Of a stretch of 58,046 nt of DNA, positions 20,824-28,704 are shown piece by piece (positions within the stretch are counted from its first letter, which is position 1; each line of letters starts with the position of its first letter). The notes beneath the pieces were generated by a model that worked only from the letters and a program-made list of their open reading frames with translations, did not search any database and was not told the origin of the DNA. The position numbers and the translations under genes are program-made. The stretch comes from Myxococcales bacterium (GTDB taxonomy: Bacteria; Myxococcota; Myxococcia; Myxococcales; 40CM-4-68-19). The stretch is from positions 1 to 58,046 of the forward strand of contig JBJMQD010000036.1 of the NCBI GenBank assembly GCA_045802855.1, in the 5' to 3' direction.

Positions 20824-22542
20824 CTAGGCCTCGGATCGTTCGACCGGGAGGGTGAAGAAGAACGTCGCGCCCTTGCCGGGCTCGCTTTCCACCCCGATCT
20901 CGCCCCCGTGGGCAAGGACCAGCGCCCGGCAGATGGCAAGGCCGAGGCCGGTGCCTTCCTGCTCCCGGCGGGCCCGGTCGGACTGCGCGAAACGGGTGAA
21001 GAGCTTCGCGCGGAAATCTTCGGGGATCCCGGGCCCCCGATCGCGCACCTCGAAGCGGACGACGTTGCCCTTCTGCTCGACGAGGAGATCGACCGACCCC
21101 GCCTTCGGAGAGAACTTCAGCGCGTTCGAGAGGAGATTCGTGAGCACCTGGACGATGCGATCGCCGTCGGCGCGCACCGGCGGCAGCCCGTCCGCAAGGG
21201 CGCTCTTGACCGTGACCCCTACCTTCTTGGCGAACCCGTCGATGCCCTGGACGGCCTCGGCGCAGAGTGCCGCCACGTCGGTCGGGGCAGGATCGAGCTC
21301 GAGCCGTCCCGCTTCGATCTTGCTCACGTCGAGGATGTCGTTCACCAGCCGTACCAGACGGTCGGCGTTCCGCTTCGTCACCTCGACGAGCTCGCGGGTT
21401 TCCTCGTCGAGCGAGGAGCCGTCGAGGACCAGCGCCATCGAGCCTTTGATGCTGGTGAGCGGCGTGCGCAGCTCGTGGGACACCGTCGAGATGAACTCGG
21501 ACTTCATCCGATCCACCTCGTGGGCGTTCGTCACGTCGTCGAAGACGACCATCGAGCCGACCACCTCGCCTCCGGCGCCGAGGGCGGCGGTGGAGTAGCG
21601 GCGGAAGATGCGCGGCTTCGGTTCGCCGGGCAGGTTCACCGAGATCTCACGGTCCTCGTCGTCAGTCTGGCCGAGCGATAGTTCTCCTGACGCGACCAGC
21701 GGGCGGAGGACATCTTCGAGGAGCCCGATGGGCGCTCCCACCACTTCGCGGTCGCCGAGCGCGAACAGGTTCCGGAAGGAGCGGTTCACGACCGCCGCGC
21801 GACCGCCGCGGTCGACGAGCACGATCCCGCTGCGGGACGCCTCGACGAGCGCTTCGAGCTGGCGGGACACCGCCTGCGACCGCGCGCTCTGCTCGCGCAC
21901 GTCCTCGATCAATTTGGCGCCGGCGATCGCGGTCGCCGCGTGACGGGCGAGGATGCGCAAGGCCTCGAGCACCTCGTCGCGGAGCGGCTCGCGGCTCCAC
22001 ATCGCCACCACGCCGAGGAGCCGTCCTTCATGGACCAGAGGGTGCCCCGAGAACGACCGCAGCCGCTCGATGCGGGCCCAGTCGGGATCGGCGAGCCCCG
22101 GCTCCGAACCGAGGTCGTCGGTCGCGACCATTCCGCCGTAGGCGGCGACGCGGCCGACGGAGAAGTCGCCGATCGGCACCCGTGCGAGCACCCGATCGAG
22201 CGGCCCGAGCCCGCCGTGCTCGACGAGGTGCAAGCACTGCTTCCGCGAGTGGCAGCGGTGCGCCATCTCGCAGGAGCCGCAGCGATCCGGCTCTCCCACG
22301 AGCCACACCCGCGCGCAGGCGGCACCGAAGCTCCGGGTGAGCGCGTCGGTCACGGCGGCGAGGATGCGCTCGCGCTGGAAGGCGCTGGCGACGCTCTCGG
22401 TAACCTGGACCGCGGCGCGGAGCGCGCGGACCGTCGCCTGCAGCCGCGCCTTCTCGAGCTCGAGATCCTCGCTGGTCGGTTCCGCCGGAAGGATGGCGAG
22501 CCGCCTGCGGACGGAATCCTTGTCGACCGCGCGTGCGCTCAC
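20824..22542 (-). CDS. Soluble sensor histidine kinase (coiled coil-GAF-PAS-HisKA-HATPase_c)
   Basis: The H-box is FISTVSHELRTPLTSI, the N-box is LTNLLSNALKFS, and G-boxes are DRGPGIP and GTGLGLAI. There is no TM segment. A GAF-like region with a Cys-rich insert precedes a PAS-like region. GTG 22542 overlaps the REC stop as GTGA. Confidence 0.9.
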   Translation of the reverse strand: MSARAVDKDSVRRRLAILPAEPTSEDLELEKARLQATVRALRAAVQVTESVASAFQRERILAAVTDALTRSFGAACARVWLVGEPDRCGSCEMAHRCHSRKQCLHLVEHGGLGPLDRVLARVPIGDFSVGRVAAYGGMVATDDLGSEPGLADPDWARIERLRSFSGHPLVHEGRLLGVVAMWSREPLRDEVLEALRILARHAATAIAGAKLIEDVREQSARSQAVSRQLEALVEASRSGIVLVDRGGRAAVVNRSFRNLFALGDREVVGAPIGLLEDVLRPLVASGELSLGQTDDEDREISVNLPGEPKPRIFRRYSTAALGAGGEVVGSMVVFDDVTNAHEVDRMKSEFISTVSHELRTPLTSIKGSMALVLDGSSLDEETRELVEVTKRNADRLVRLVNDILDVSKIEAGRLELDPAPTDVAALCAEAVQGIDGFAKKVGVTVKSALADGLPPVRADGDRIVQVLTNLLSNALKFSPKAGSVDLLVEQKGNVVRFEVRDRGPGIPEDFRAKLFTRFAQSDRARREQEGTGLGLAICRALVLAHGGEIGVESEPGKGATFFFTLPVERSEA

Positions 22543-22910
22543 GACGCCCCAAGGACGCCGTTCACCTCGGCGAGCAGTTCCTTCGGCTCGAACGGCTTGG
22601 TCAGGTAGCGCGTGGCTCCCAGCCGGAGCCCCTCGTCCACCTCGTCCTTCTGCGCCTTGGCGGTGAGGAACACGAACGGAGTCGCGGCGCGCGCGTCGCG
22701 CTTGCGCACCTCGGCGAGCGTCTCGATGCCGCTCATCTCCGGCATCATCCGATCGCAGAGGATGAGGTCGCAGGCCGCGCCCGTGTCGAGATAGGCGAGC
22801 GCCGCCCTGCCGCCCTCAGCCAGAGCGACCTCGTGGTTCCCGCGCTTCAAGGCGAGGCGGGCCACGAAGCGGATGTCGGAGTCGTCGTCGATTACCAGGA
22901 TGCGGGCCAT
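22539..22910 (-). CDS. Single-domain (CheY-like) response regulator
   Basis: 123 aa, with ILVIDDD, LILCDRMMPEMSG, LTA and KPF motifs. Confidence 0.9.
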   Translation of the reverse strand: MARILVIDDDSDIRFVARLALKRGNHEVALAEGGRAALAYLDTGAACDLILCDRMMPEMSGIETLAEVRKRDARAATPFVFLTAKAQKDEVDEGLRLGATRYLTKPFEPKELLAEVNGVLGAS

Positions 22911-22919
22911 GTCGGTCCT

Positions 22920-24065
22920 TCAGACAGCGAGCAAATCGAGCAGGGTCTTGCGATGGAGGGGTTTCTTCAAGAAGCCGTCCGCGCCGCAGCGGCGCGCCTC
23001 GGAACGGAGATCTTCGTCGTCCGCGGCGCTGACGACGTACATCCGCGCTGCGCAGTTGCGCACGTCCGCGGAGAGGCGGCGCAAGAGGTCGATCCCGTTC
23101 ATGCCGGGCATGAAGATGTCGACGAGGACGAGATCGTAGGAGCCGCCCGGGGGCAGCGCCTGCCGCAGCTTCGAGGAGTCCTGCACGGCGTCAACCACCG
23201 CGCCCGCAGAGGCGAGCACCGACCGGCAATACCCGAGCACGTCGTCGTCGTCGTCGACCACCAGGACGTGGGGGCGCTTCGCTGGCGCCGGCGTGGCGAC
23301 CGAGAGGAGATTGATCCCGCTCGCGGGGTTCTTCGCCGGACCGGGCAGCGGAACGGGCTCGTCGCGGCGCTTCGACAGGCCGACCAGCGCGAGGAGGTTC
23401 ACGCGGTGGATGGGCTTCGTCAGCCACCCGTCCGCACCCATCTGCGCTGCCTTGCGGACCATGTCGGGGTCGTGCGCGGCGGTCATCATGCAGATGGGGA
23501 GATCCGCTCCGTAGTGCTGCCGGAGCAGGTAGCAAGCCGCGAGGCCGTCGATCTCCGGCATGCGAACGTCGAGGAGGACGAGGTCGTACTCGCCTCCCGG
23601 CGGATGGCGCAGGAGGTCCTTGGGATCCGAGACGCAGGTCACCGAGCATCCCGCGCCCTCGAGGATCCGCCGGATGAGGGCGAGGATGTCGGCGTCGTCG
23701 TCCACCACGAGGACGCGCTTGCGCGGCGCCTCCTTCGCCGGGGCGGCGCCGAGAAGGGGGCGCAGGTCGCGCTCGAGCGAGACGTGATCGAGCGGCCTGC
23801 GCAGACAGGCGTCCGCGCCCCGTCCGGGAGCGTCGCCGACCATGGCGACGCGGACCGCGGGAAGCCGGTCCTTCGTCCTTCGAGCCGCGTCGGCTCCGCC
23901 TGCCTCGTCGAGAACGACCACGTCCGGCGAGAGCGCGGCGAGGGCGTCGAGACCTTTGCGGTGGTCGAGCGAGCGCGACGCGATCCCCTGCGTGGAGAGG
24001 AAGTAGCGCAGGAAGGCCTGTTCGGCCGGATGCTCGTTCAGGAGTACGACGTTCGGATGGCGCAC
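22920..24065 (-). CDS. Triple receiver-domain protein (one degenerate + two canonical REC domains, no output domain)
   Basis: Two canonical REC domains are present (VLVVDDDADIL...LVLLDVRMPEIDG...TKP and VLVVDDDDDVL...LVLVDIFMPGMNG...KKP). They are preceded by a REC-like domain lacking the acidic pair (VVLLNEHP). The start is placed at GTG 24065, which has GAGG upstream. The longer track ORF overlaps recO. Confidence 0.75.
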   Translation of the reverse strand: MRHPNVVLLNEHPAEQAFLRYFLSTQGIASRSLDHRKGLDALAALSPDVVVLDEAGGADAARRTKDRLPAVRVAMVGDAPGRGADACLRRPLDHVSLERDLRPLLGAAPAKEAPRKRVLVVDDDADILALIRRILEGAGCSVTCVSDPKDLLRHPPGGEYDLVLLDVRMPEIDGLAACYLLRQHYGADLPICMMTAAHDPDMVRKAAQMGADGWLTKPIHRVNLLALVGLSKRRDEPVPLPGPAKNPASGINLLSVATPAPAKRPHVLVVDDDDDVLGYCRSVLASAGAVVDAVQDSSKLRQALPPGGSYDLVLVDIFMPGMNGIDLLRRLSADVRNCAARMYVVSAADDEDLRSEARRCGADGFLKKPLHRKTLLDLLAV

Positions 24066-24141
24066 GATGACCTCGGGATGGCCCCGGACTGATCGGCCCG
24101 CCACCGGATCCCTTGAGCACCGATCGGAGCTGGGGGCCGGA

Positions 24142-24936
24142 TCAGGGCGGAGCGCCCACCTGCGCCGAGAAACGCATGCTGCGCGGGCTGCGACCGAGAT
24201 GATGTGCGACGAACGCGGAGAGCGCCCGCGCCGCCTCACCCGCGGCCTCCTCGAAAGCGCGGGGGTCGGCAGGCCTGCCGGAGCCGTCGGCGGAAAGGGG
24301 CGCCTGCGCGCCGGCCATCCCACGCCGCTGCAGTTGCACGAGCGCGGCGCGGGCCCCACCGGTGAGCGCGAGGGCAGAGGGGTGCGCGCAGCGCGCACAG
24401 CAAAGGCCGCCCGCGTCCGGATCGAAGGCCGCGCGACCCGGCGCGACGCGCGTGCCGCAGCGGGCGCATCCGGAAAGCTCGGGCGCGAGTCCCGCGGCAT
24501 CGAGCGCGCCGAGCTCGAACGCGCGGAGGAGCGCGCTGGTCGGTTCCGAGGCGCAGAGCCGGGCCAGGAACTCCTCGAGGAGAGCGAAGAGACGATCCGC
24601 GGGTTGCGACGGGCGCGTCAGGTCGTGGAGCAGCTCCGCCGCGTAGCCGGCGTGGGCGATGCGGTGCAGGTGCTCGCGCAGGGCCGGATGCGCCTCGACG
24701 ACCGAGGCCTCGCGCAGCATCCACAGCTCCTGGCCAGAGCGTTCGTGGAGGAGGACCTCGAGGCGCTGGAACGGCTCCAGCGCCCCGGCGAAGCGCTTGC
24801 CCGCGGGACGCGCGCCCCGGGCGAAGGCGGCTACCCGGCCGCGTCCCCGCACGAGGAGGTGCACGACGAGGTCGCGCTCGCCGTACGGGTGCGTCCGGAG
24901 CACGAAGGCCTCTAGCCGTTCGGCGCGGGTGTCCAC
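24142..24936 (-). CDS. recO: DNA repair protein RecO
   Basis: The N-terminal OB-fold pattern is AFVLRTHPYGERDLVVHLL, and the zinc-finger-like motif is CARCG...CCARC. 264 aa. Confidence 0.85.
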   Translation of the reverse strand: MDTRAERLEAFVLRTHPYGERDLVVHLLVRGRGRVAAFARGARPAGKRFAGALEPFQRLEVLLHERSGQELWMLREASVVEAHPALREHLHRIAHAGYAAELLHDLTRPSQPADRLFALLEEFLARLCASEPTSALLRAFELGALDAAGLAPELSGCARCGTRVAPGRAAFDPDAGGLCCARCAHPSALALTGGARAALVQLQRRGMAGAQAPLSADGSGRPADPRAFEEAAGEAARALSAFVAHHLGRSPRSMRFSAQVGAPP

Positions 24937-24967
24937 GGCGCGAAGGTAGCGCGACGGGCGAAATCCG

Positions 24968-26170
24968 TCAGGCGCCCTTCAGGTCCTTGAGGAGGCGGTC
25001 GCACTCCGCCCGGACGTTGTCCTCGCGGGCGTCGGTGGTCTTCGCGCAGCGCTCGAACTCGTCGCGAGCGTCCTTCGCCCGGCCCTGCCGCACCAGGGTC
25101 TTCGCGTACTGGAGATGAGCGTCCGCGGCATCGGGACAGCTCGCCGCGTACTTCCCGAACGCATCGACGGCCGATGGTAGATCGTTCCGCTCGGAGTAGA
25201 TGGTGCCGAGCTGCCTCCATCCCAGGCAGTACTTCGGATTCAGCGCGAGGGCGGCCTTGATCCGCTGCACGCCCTTCTGTGCCTGCCCGGACTTGTAGAG
25301 AGCCCAGCCGAGGTTCGTCTCGGCGACCACGCGCTCGCGGTACAGATCGTTCGAGAGCGCAAGCTCGAATTCCTTGACCGCCTCCGTGTACCGGGCCTGC
25401 GTGAGGTAGAAGGCGCCCAGGTTGTTGTGGGCCTCCGCGAAATCCTTGTCGAGCTCGATCGCCTTCTTGAGCTCGGCCTCGGCTTCCTGCGGCTTCCCTA
25501 TCGAATAGGCGTAGAGAAGGCCCATCGCGTTGTGCACCTGGGGCACGGAATCGTCTTCCTCGTTCGCCTGCCGGTACTCCGTCAGGGCTCCCTGCGGGTC
25601 CCCATTCTGGAGGAGCGAAGTCCCCAGGTCGTAGTGGATCTCCGCTGCGTGGCGGCGCTGCTCGGCGCTCGGGCCGCTGCAGGCCGACAGAAGGAGCGCG
25701 AGCGGGAGCACGAAAGCCCCGAAGAGCCGCGCGATCGCTGCCAGCGAATCCTGCTGCCGCGGGATCGAGGCCTTCGACACCAACCGCTGCTGCGTCGGCG
25801 CGCGGAAGGCCGGCAGCCTCGATAGCAGCTCGTCGCGGCGCTCGGAGGAGAGGGAGGCCCACCCCGCCGAGTCGAGGATGAACCCCATGCTTTCGGCGAA
25901 GTCGAGCGCTTCCTCGACCTTCTGCGGAAGTCCTCCGTCGTCGACCACCTGGTCGGGCGTGTAGAGGACGTTGTCGCCGCTCTCCAGGAAGGTGAGCGCG
26001 ATGACGACCTCGTACCCGTGTCCCACGTGCGAGGCGACCACCGCCGCCTGCGCGGCCTGCGCCGACTTCCCGGGGACCTGCACGAGAGGCTGGTTGGTCG
26101 ACTCGTACAGGCCGACGATCGAGTCGCGGGCGACGGAGACGTGGGTCCGGGTGGGGTCCTCGTTGAACAT
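24968..26170 (-). CDS. TPR-repeat protein (PilW/PilF/Tgl-like TPR module) with ~130-aa N-terminal domain and internal lipobox-like signal anchor
   Basis: The C-terminal 230 aa are TPR repeats (AHNNLGAFYLTQARYTEAVKEFELAL...). The hydrophobic segment FGAFVLPLALLLSAC ends in a lipobox-like LSAC at residue 164. ATG 26170 overlaps the folE2 stop by 1 nt. Confidence 0.7.
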   Translation of the reverse strand: MFNEDPTRTHVSVARDSIVGLYESTNQPLVQVPGKSAQAAQAAVVASHVGHGYEVVIALTFLESGDNVLYTPDQVVDDGGLPQKVEEALDFAESMGFILDSAGWASLSSERRDELLSRLPAFRAPTQQRLVSKASIPRQQDSLAAIARLFGAFVLPLALLLSACSGPSAEQRRHAAEIHYDLGTSLLQNGDPQGALTEYRQANEEDDSVPQVHNAMGLLYAYSIGKPQEAEAELKKAIELDKDFAEAHNNLGAFYLTQARYTEAVKEFELALSNDLYRERVVAETNLGWALYKSGQAQKGVQRIKAALALNPKYCLGWRQLGTIYSERNDLPSAVDAFGKYAASCPDAADAHLQYAKTLVRQGRAKDARDEFERCAKTTDAREDNVRAECDRLLKDLKGA

Positions 26171-27123
26171 CAGCTCTTTCCTATCCGATGGCGCGGCCTT
26201 CTAGCCTCCGTCACTGGCGACGCCCCCAAAGCGGGCTCCTCGGTTGGATGCTGCGGCCTGCGGCCTCCGCGACTGGCGACGCCGGCAAAGCCCGGCTCCT
26301 CCTGCGGCGGATACGAGAACCGGGCGTAGGCGCTGTGGGCGTGGATGGACTCGAAGCTCTCCGCCGACACCTCGAACCGGGGGAACGCCGGCTGCGCCTT
26401 GAGGCGGGTACCCACCTCCCGCACCAGATCCTCGACGAACCGCGGCCGCGAGTAGGCCCGCTCCGTGACGTACTTCTCGTCGGGCCGCTTGAGCACGGCG
26501 TAGAGGTCGCAAGACGCGCACGATTCCACGAGGGAGATGAGGTCCTCGATCCAGAAGAACTTCGCGAACCAGACCTTCACCCGGATGACGCTGCGCTGGT
26601 TGTGCGCCGAGCGCTCGCTGATCGCCTTGCTGCAAGGGCAGAGGCTGGTGACCGGGACCTCCACGCCGACCCACAGGTCCGCCTTCTCCCGGGCGGCACT
26701 CATGGTCCGGACGCTGGCGCCGAACGTGCACGCATAGTCGACGAGCCCCGCGGCGCCCGTCACGGGGGCGCGCTTCTCGATGAAGTACGGAAACCGCACC
26801 GTCACGTGAGCGGCGGACGCATCGTGATCGCGCCTGAGCTCGCTGCACAGCTCGCGGAACTTGCGGATGTCGATCTCGCGCCGGTGGCGGTTGAGCAACT
26901 CGACGAAGCGGCTCATGTGCGCGCCCTTGCGCTTGTGCGGCAGCGACACGCTCATGTCGATTTCGGCGACGGTGTGCTGGATGCCCTGCTCCCGATCGCG
27001 GACGCTGATCGGATAGCGCAGCCCGGTGACGCCGGCGCGCTCCAGATCGAGCTTGCGCGGGTCCTCCTCGCTGTGCACGTCGCGCAGGGCGACGACATTC
27101 GGTAATGGTCGTTGCGCCTTCAA
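26170..27123 (-). CDS. folE2: GTP cyclohydrolase FolE2 (type IB) with ~45-aa repeat-containing C-terminal tail
   Basis: Carries KGAHMSRF, SLCPCSK, HNQRS and ESIHAHSAYA motifs. The start (TTG 27123) overlaps the PhzF-like stop as TTGA. Confidence 0.85.
   Translation of the reverse strand: MKAQRPLPNVVALRDVHSEEDPRKLDLERAGVTGLRYPISVRDREQGIQHTVAEIDMSVSLPHKRKGAHMSRFVELLNRHRREIDIRKFRELCSELRRDHDASAAHVTVRFPYFIEKRAPVTGAAGLVDYACTFGASVRTMSAAREKADLWVGVEVPVTSLCPCSKAISERSAHNQRSVIRVKVWFAKFFWIEDLISLVESCASCDLYAVLKRPDEKYVTERAYSRPRFVEDLVREVGTRLKAQPAFPRFEVSAESFESIHAHSAYARFSYPPQEEPGFAGVASRGGRRPQHPTEEPALGASPVTEARRPRHRIGKS
26193..26302. repeat. Imperfect tandem direct repeat, 2 x ~60 nt (~80% identity)
   Basis: Unit A runs 26193-26243 and unit B 26253-26302, giving a period of 60 nt. 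The shared core is gcggcct.c..gcctccg..actggcgacgcc..caaagc..ggctcctc. The repeat encodes duplicated 20-aa peptides in the FolE2 tail. Confidence 0.8.
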
Positions 27124-28025
27124 CGCACCTCCAACTCGCCGCGGACGATGACGGTTGCCGACCCGCCGACATAGGCGCGGACGGGATACGGCGGCTCGTC
27201 CGGTCGCAGGGCGATCTCAATCTTGCCCGGCCTTCCCACCTCGTCGCCCTGCAAGAAGTGGAGCCCACGAGGAAGCGCGCCGGGCAGGAGCTCCTGCAAG
27301 AGCAGCGCTAGATGCCCGCAGGCGCTTCCGGTCACCGGATCCTCGTCGATCCCATAGAAGGGAAAGAATGCGCGCAGGGCGGCGTCGATCCCAGGCTTGG
27401 GGGCGAGAGTGAAAGGAACGAATCCGGCCACCCCCAGCCGCTTGCCGATTGCGTCGAGCGGGCGCGGGTCCGGTCGCATCCGCGCGAGGGCCTCCCGGTC
27501 GCGGACGCAGAAGTAGAGGTTCCCCTCCTCGCTCTCCGCCTTGTGCGGCGGGATGCGCGGATCGAGCGCCTCCGGGACGACGTTCATGGCGGCGAGGGCG
27601 TCGGCTGGAACGGGCTGCGGCCGGAACCGCGTCGGCGGTGTCTCGAACAGGATCCGCAGGACTCCCTCGTGGCGGGAAAGCTCGACGCGCTGGACTCCGG
27701 CCTTGCACCCGAAACGGAGGTGGACGACGCCCTCGGGACCGACGGCGATCCGTTTCGCCTCGTCTACCAGCACGTGCAGCGTGGCGAGCGTCGCATGTCC
27801 GCAGAATCGCACTTCGGACAAAGGCGTGAACCAGCGCAGGTGGAAGTCGGTTCCCGCATTGCGCCGCGAGGGGACGGGGAACGCCGTTTCGCTGTGCTTC
27901 AACTCCGCGGCGATGCGCTGCATCTCTTCGGCGGAAAGGGTGGCGCCGTCGAGGACGACACCGGCGGGGTTCCCCCCGAAAGGCCGGTCGGAAAAGGCGT
28001 CCACGACGTAGCAAGGCAGTTTCAT
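27120..28025 (-). CDS. PhzF-family isomerase-like protein
   Basis: VDAFSDRPFGGNPAGVV, SETAF and RWFTPLSEVRFCGHATLA are hallmark PhzF/YddE motifs. ATG 28025 overlaps the queE stop as ATGA. Confidence 0.85.
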   Translation of the reverse strand: MKLPCYVVDAFSDRPFGGNPAGVVLDGATLSAEEMQRIAAELKHSETAFPVPSRRNAGTDFHLRWFTPLSEVRFCGHATLATLHVLVDEAKRIAVGPEGVVHLRFGCKAGVQRVELSRHEGVLRILFETPPTRFRPQPVPADALAAMNVVPEALDPRIPPHKAESEEGNLYFCVRDREALARMRPDPRPLDAIGKRLGVAGFVPFTLAPKPGIDAALRAFFPFYGIDEDPVTGSACGHLALLLQELLPGALPRGLHFLQGDEVGRPGKIEIALRPDEPPYPVRAYVGGSATVIVRGELEVR

Positions 28026-28654
28026 ACGCCCCTCGCCTCGGCTCCCCAGATGATCTTGTGCATCTGCAATTGCAAGCGCGCGGGGCGCTCGGAGGCGAGG
28101 AGCCAGCGCGCCAGGTCCTTCGGAGCGACCTCGCCGAAGCTCGGCGAGAAGAGGACCGGCACGCGGCCCCAGAGGCCGAGCCGATCGATGACCGACACCG
28201 CCCAGCGGAAGTCCGCCTCGCCGCACACGACCACCTTGAGCTCGTCTCCTTCCCCGAGCGCCTCGAGCTCGCGGAAGTCGCGGTGCTGCTCGCCGGATCC
28301 CGGGGTCTTGAGGTCGACGATCTTCTTCACCCCGCGCGGGATCTGGTCGAGCGGCCTTTGCCCGTGCGTCTCCAGGGAGACCTCGTATCCGCGCTCGAGC
28401 AGCTTCCGGCAGAGATCGGGGAGCTCCCGCTGCAGCGTAGGCTCGCCCCCCGTGAGGCAGACGAAGCGGGCCGGATGCCGCTCGACCTGGGCGAGGATCT
28501 CTGCCAACGGCAGGTCCTTCCCGCCATGGAACGCGTACTCGGTGTCGCAGTACCCGCAGCGCAGGTCACACCCGGTGAAGCGGACGAACACGCACGGCTT
28601 CCCAGCGTGGGTCGATTCGCCCTGGATGCTGAAGAAGATCTCGGTGACCCTCAC
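28022..28654 (-). CDS. queE: 7-carboxy-7-deazaguanine synthase (radical SAM)
   Basis: EIFFSIQGE, the radical-SAM cluster motif CDLRCGYCDT, and LTGGEP. 210 aa. Confidence 0.88.
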   Translation of the reverse strand: MRVTEIFFSIQGESTHAGKPCVFVRFTGCDLRCGYCDTEYAFHGGKDLPLAEILAQVERHPARFVCLTGGEPTLQRELPDLCRKLLERGYEVSLETHGQRPLDQIPRGVKKIVDLKTPGSGEQHRDFRELEALGEGDELKVVVCGEADFRWAVSVIDRLGLWGRVPVLFSPSFGEVAPKDLARWLLASERPARLQLQMHKIIWGAEARGV

Positions 28655-28704
28655 GCGGGCGATCTACTCGGTGGAACGACCCTGCGCAACGCCGACAAGG
28701 CGGG

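Noticed and set aside
24066-24500. N-terminal extension of the triple-receiver ORF (the track gives 526 aa, starting at 24500).
   Set aside because: The extension overlaps recO, which has clear RecO motifs in another frame. It is Arg/Pro/Ser-rich. An SD-preceded GTG at 24065 gives a protein that starts right at the first REC-like domain.
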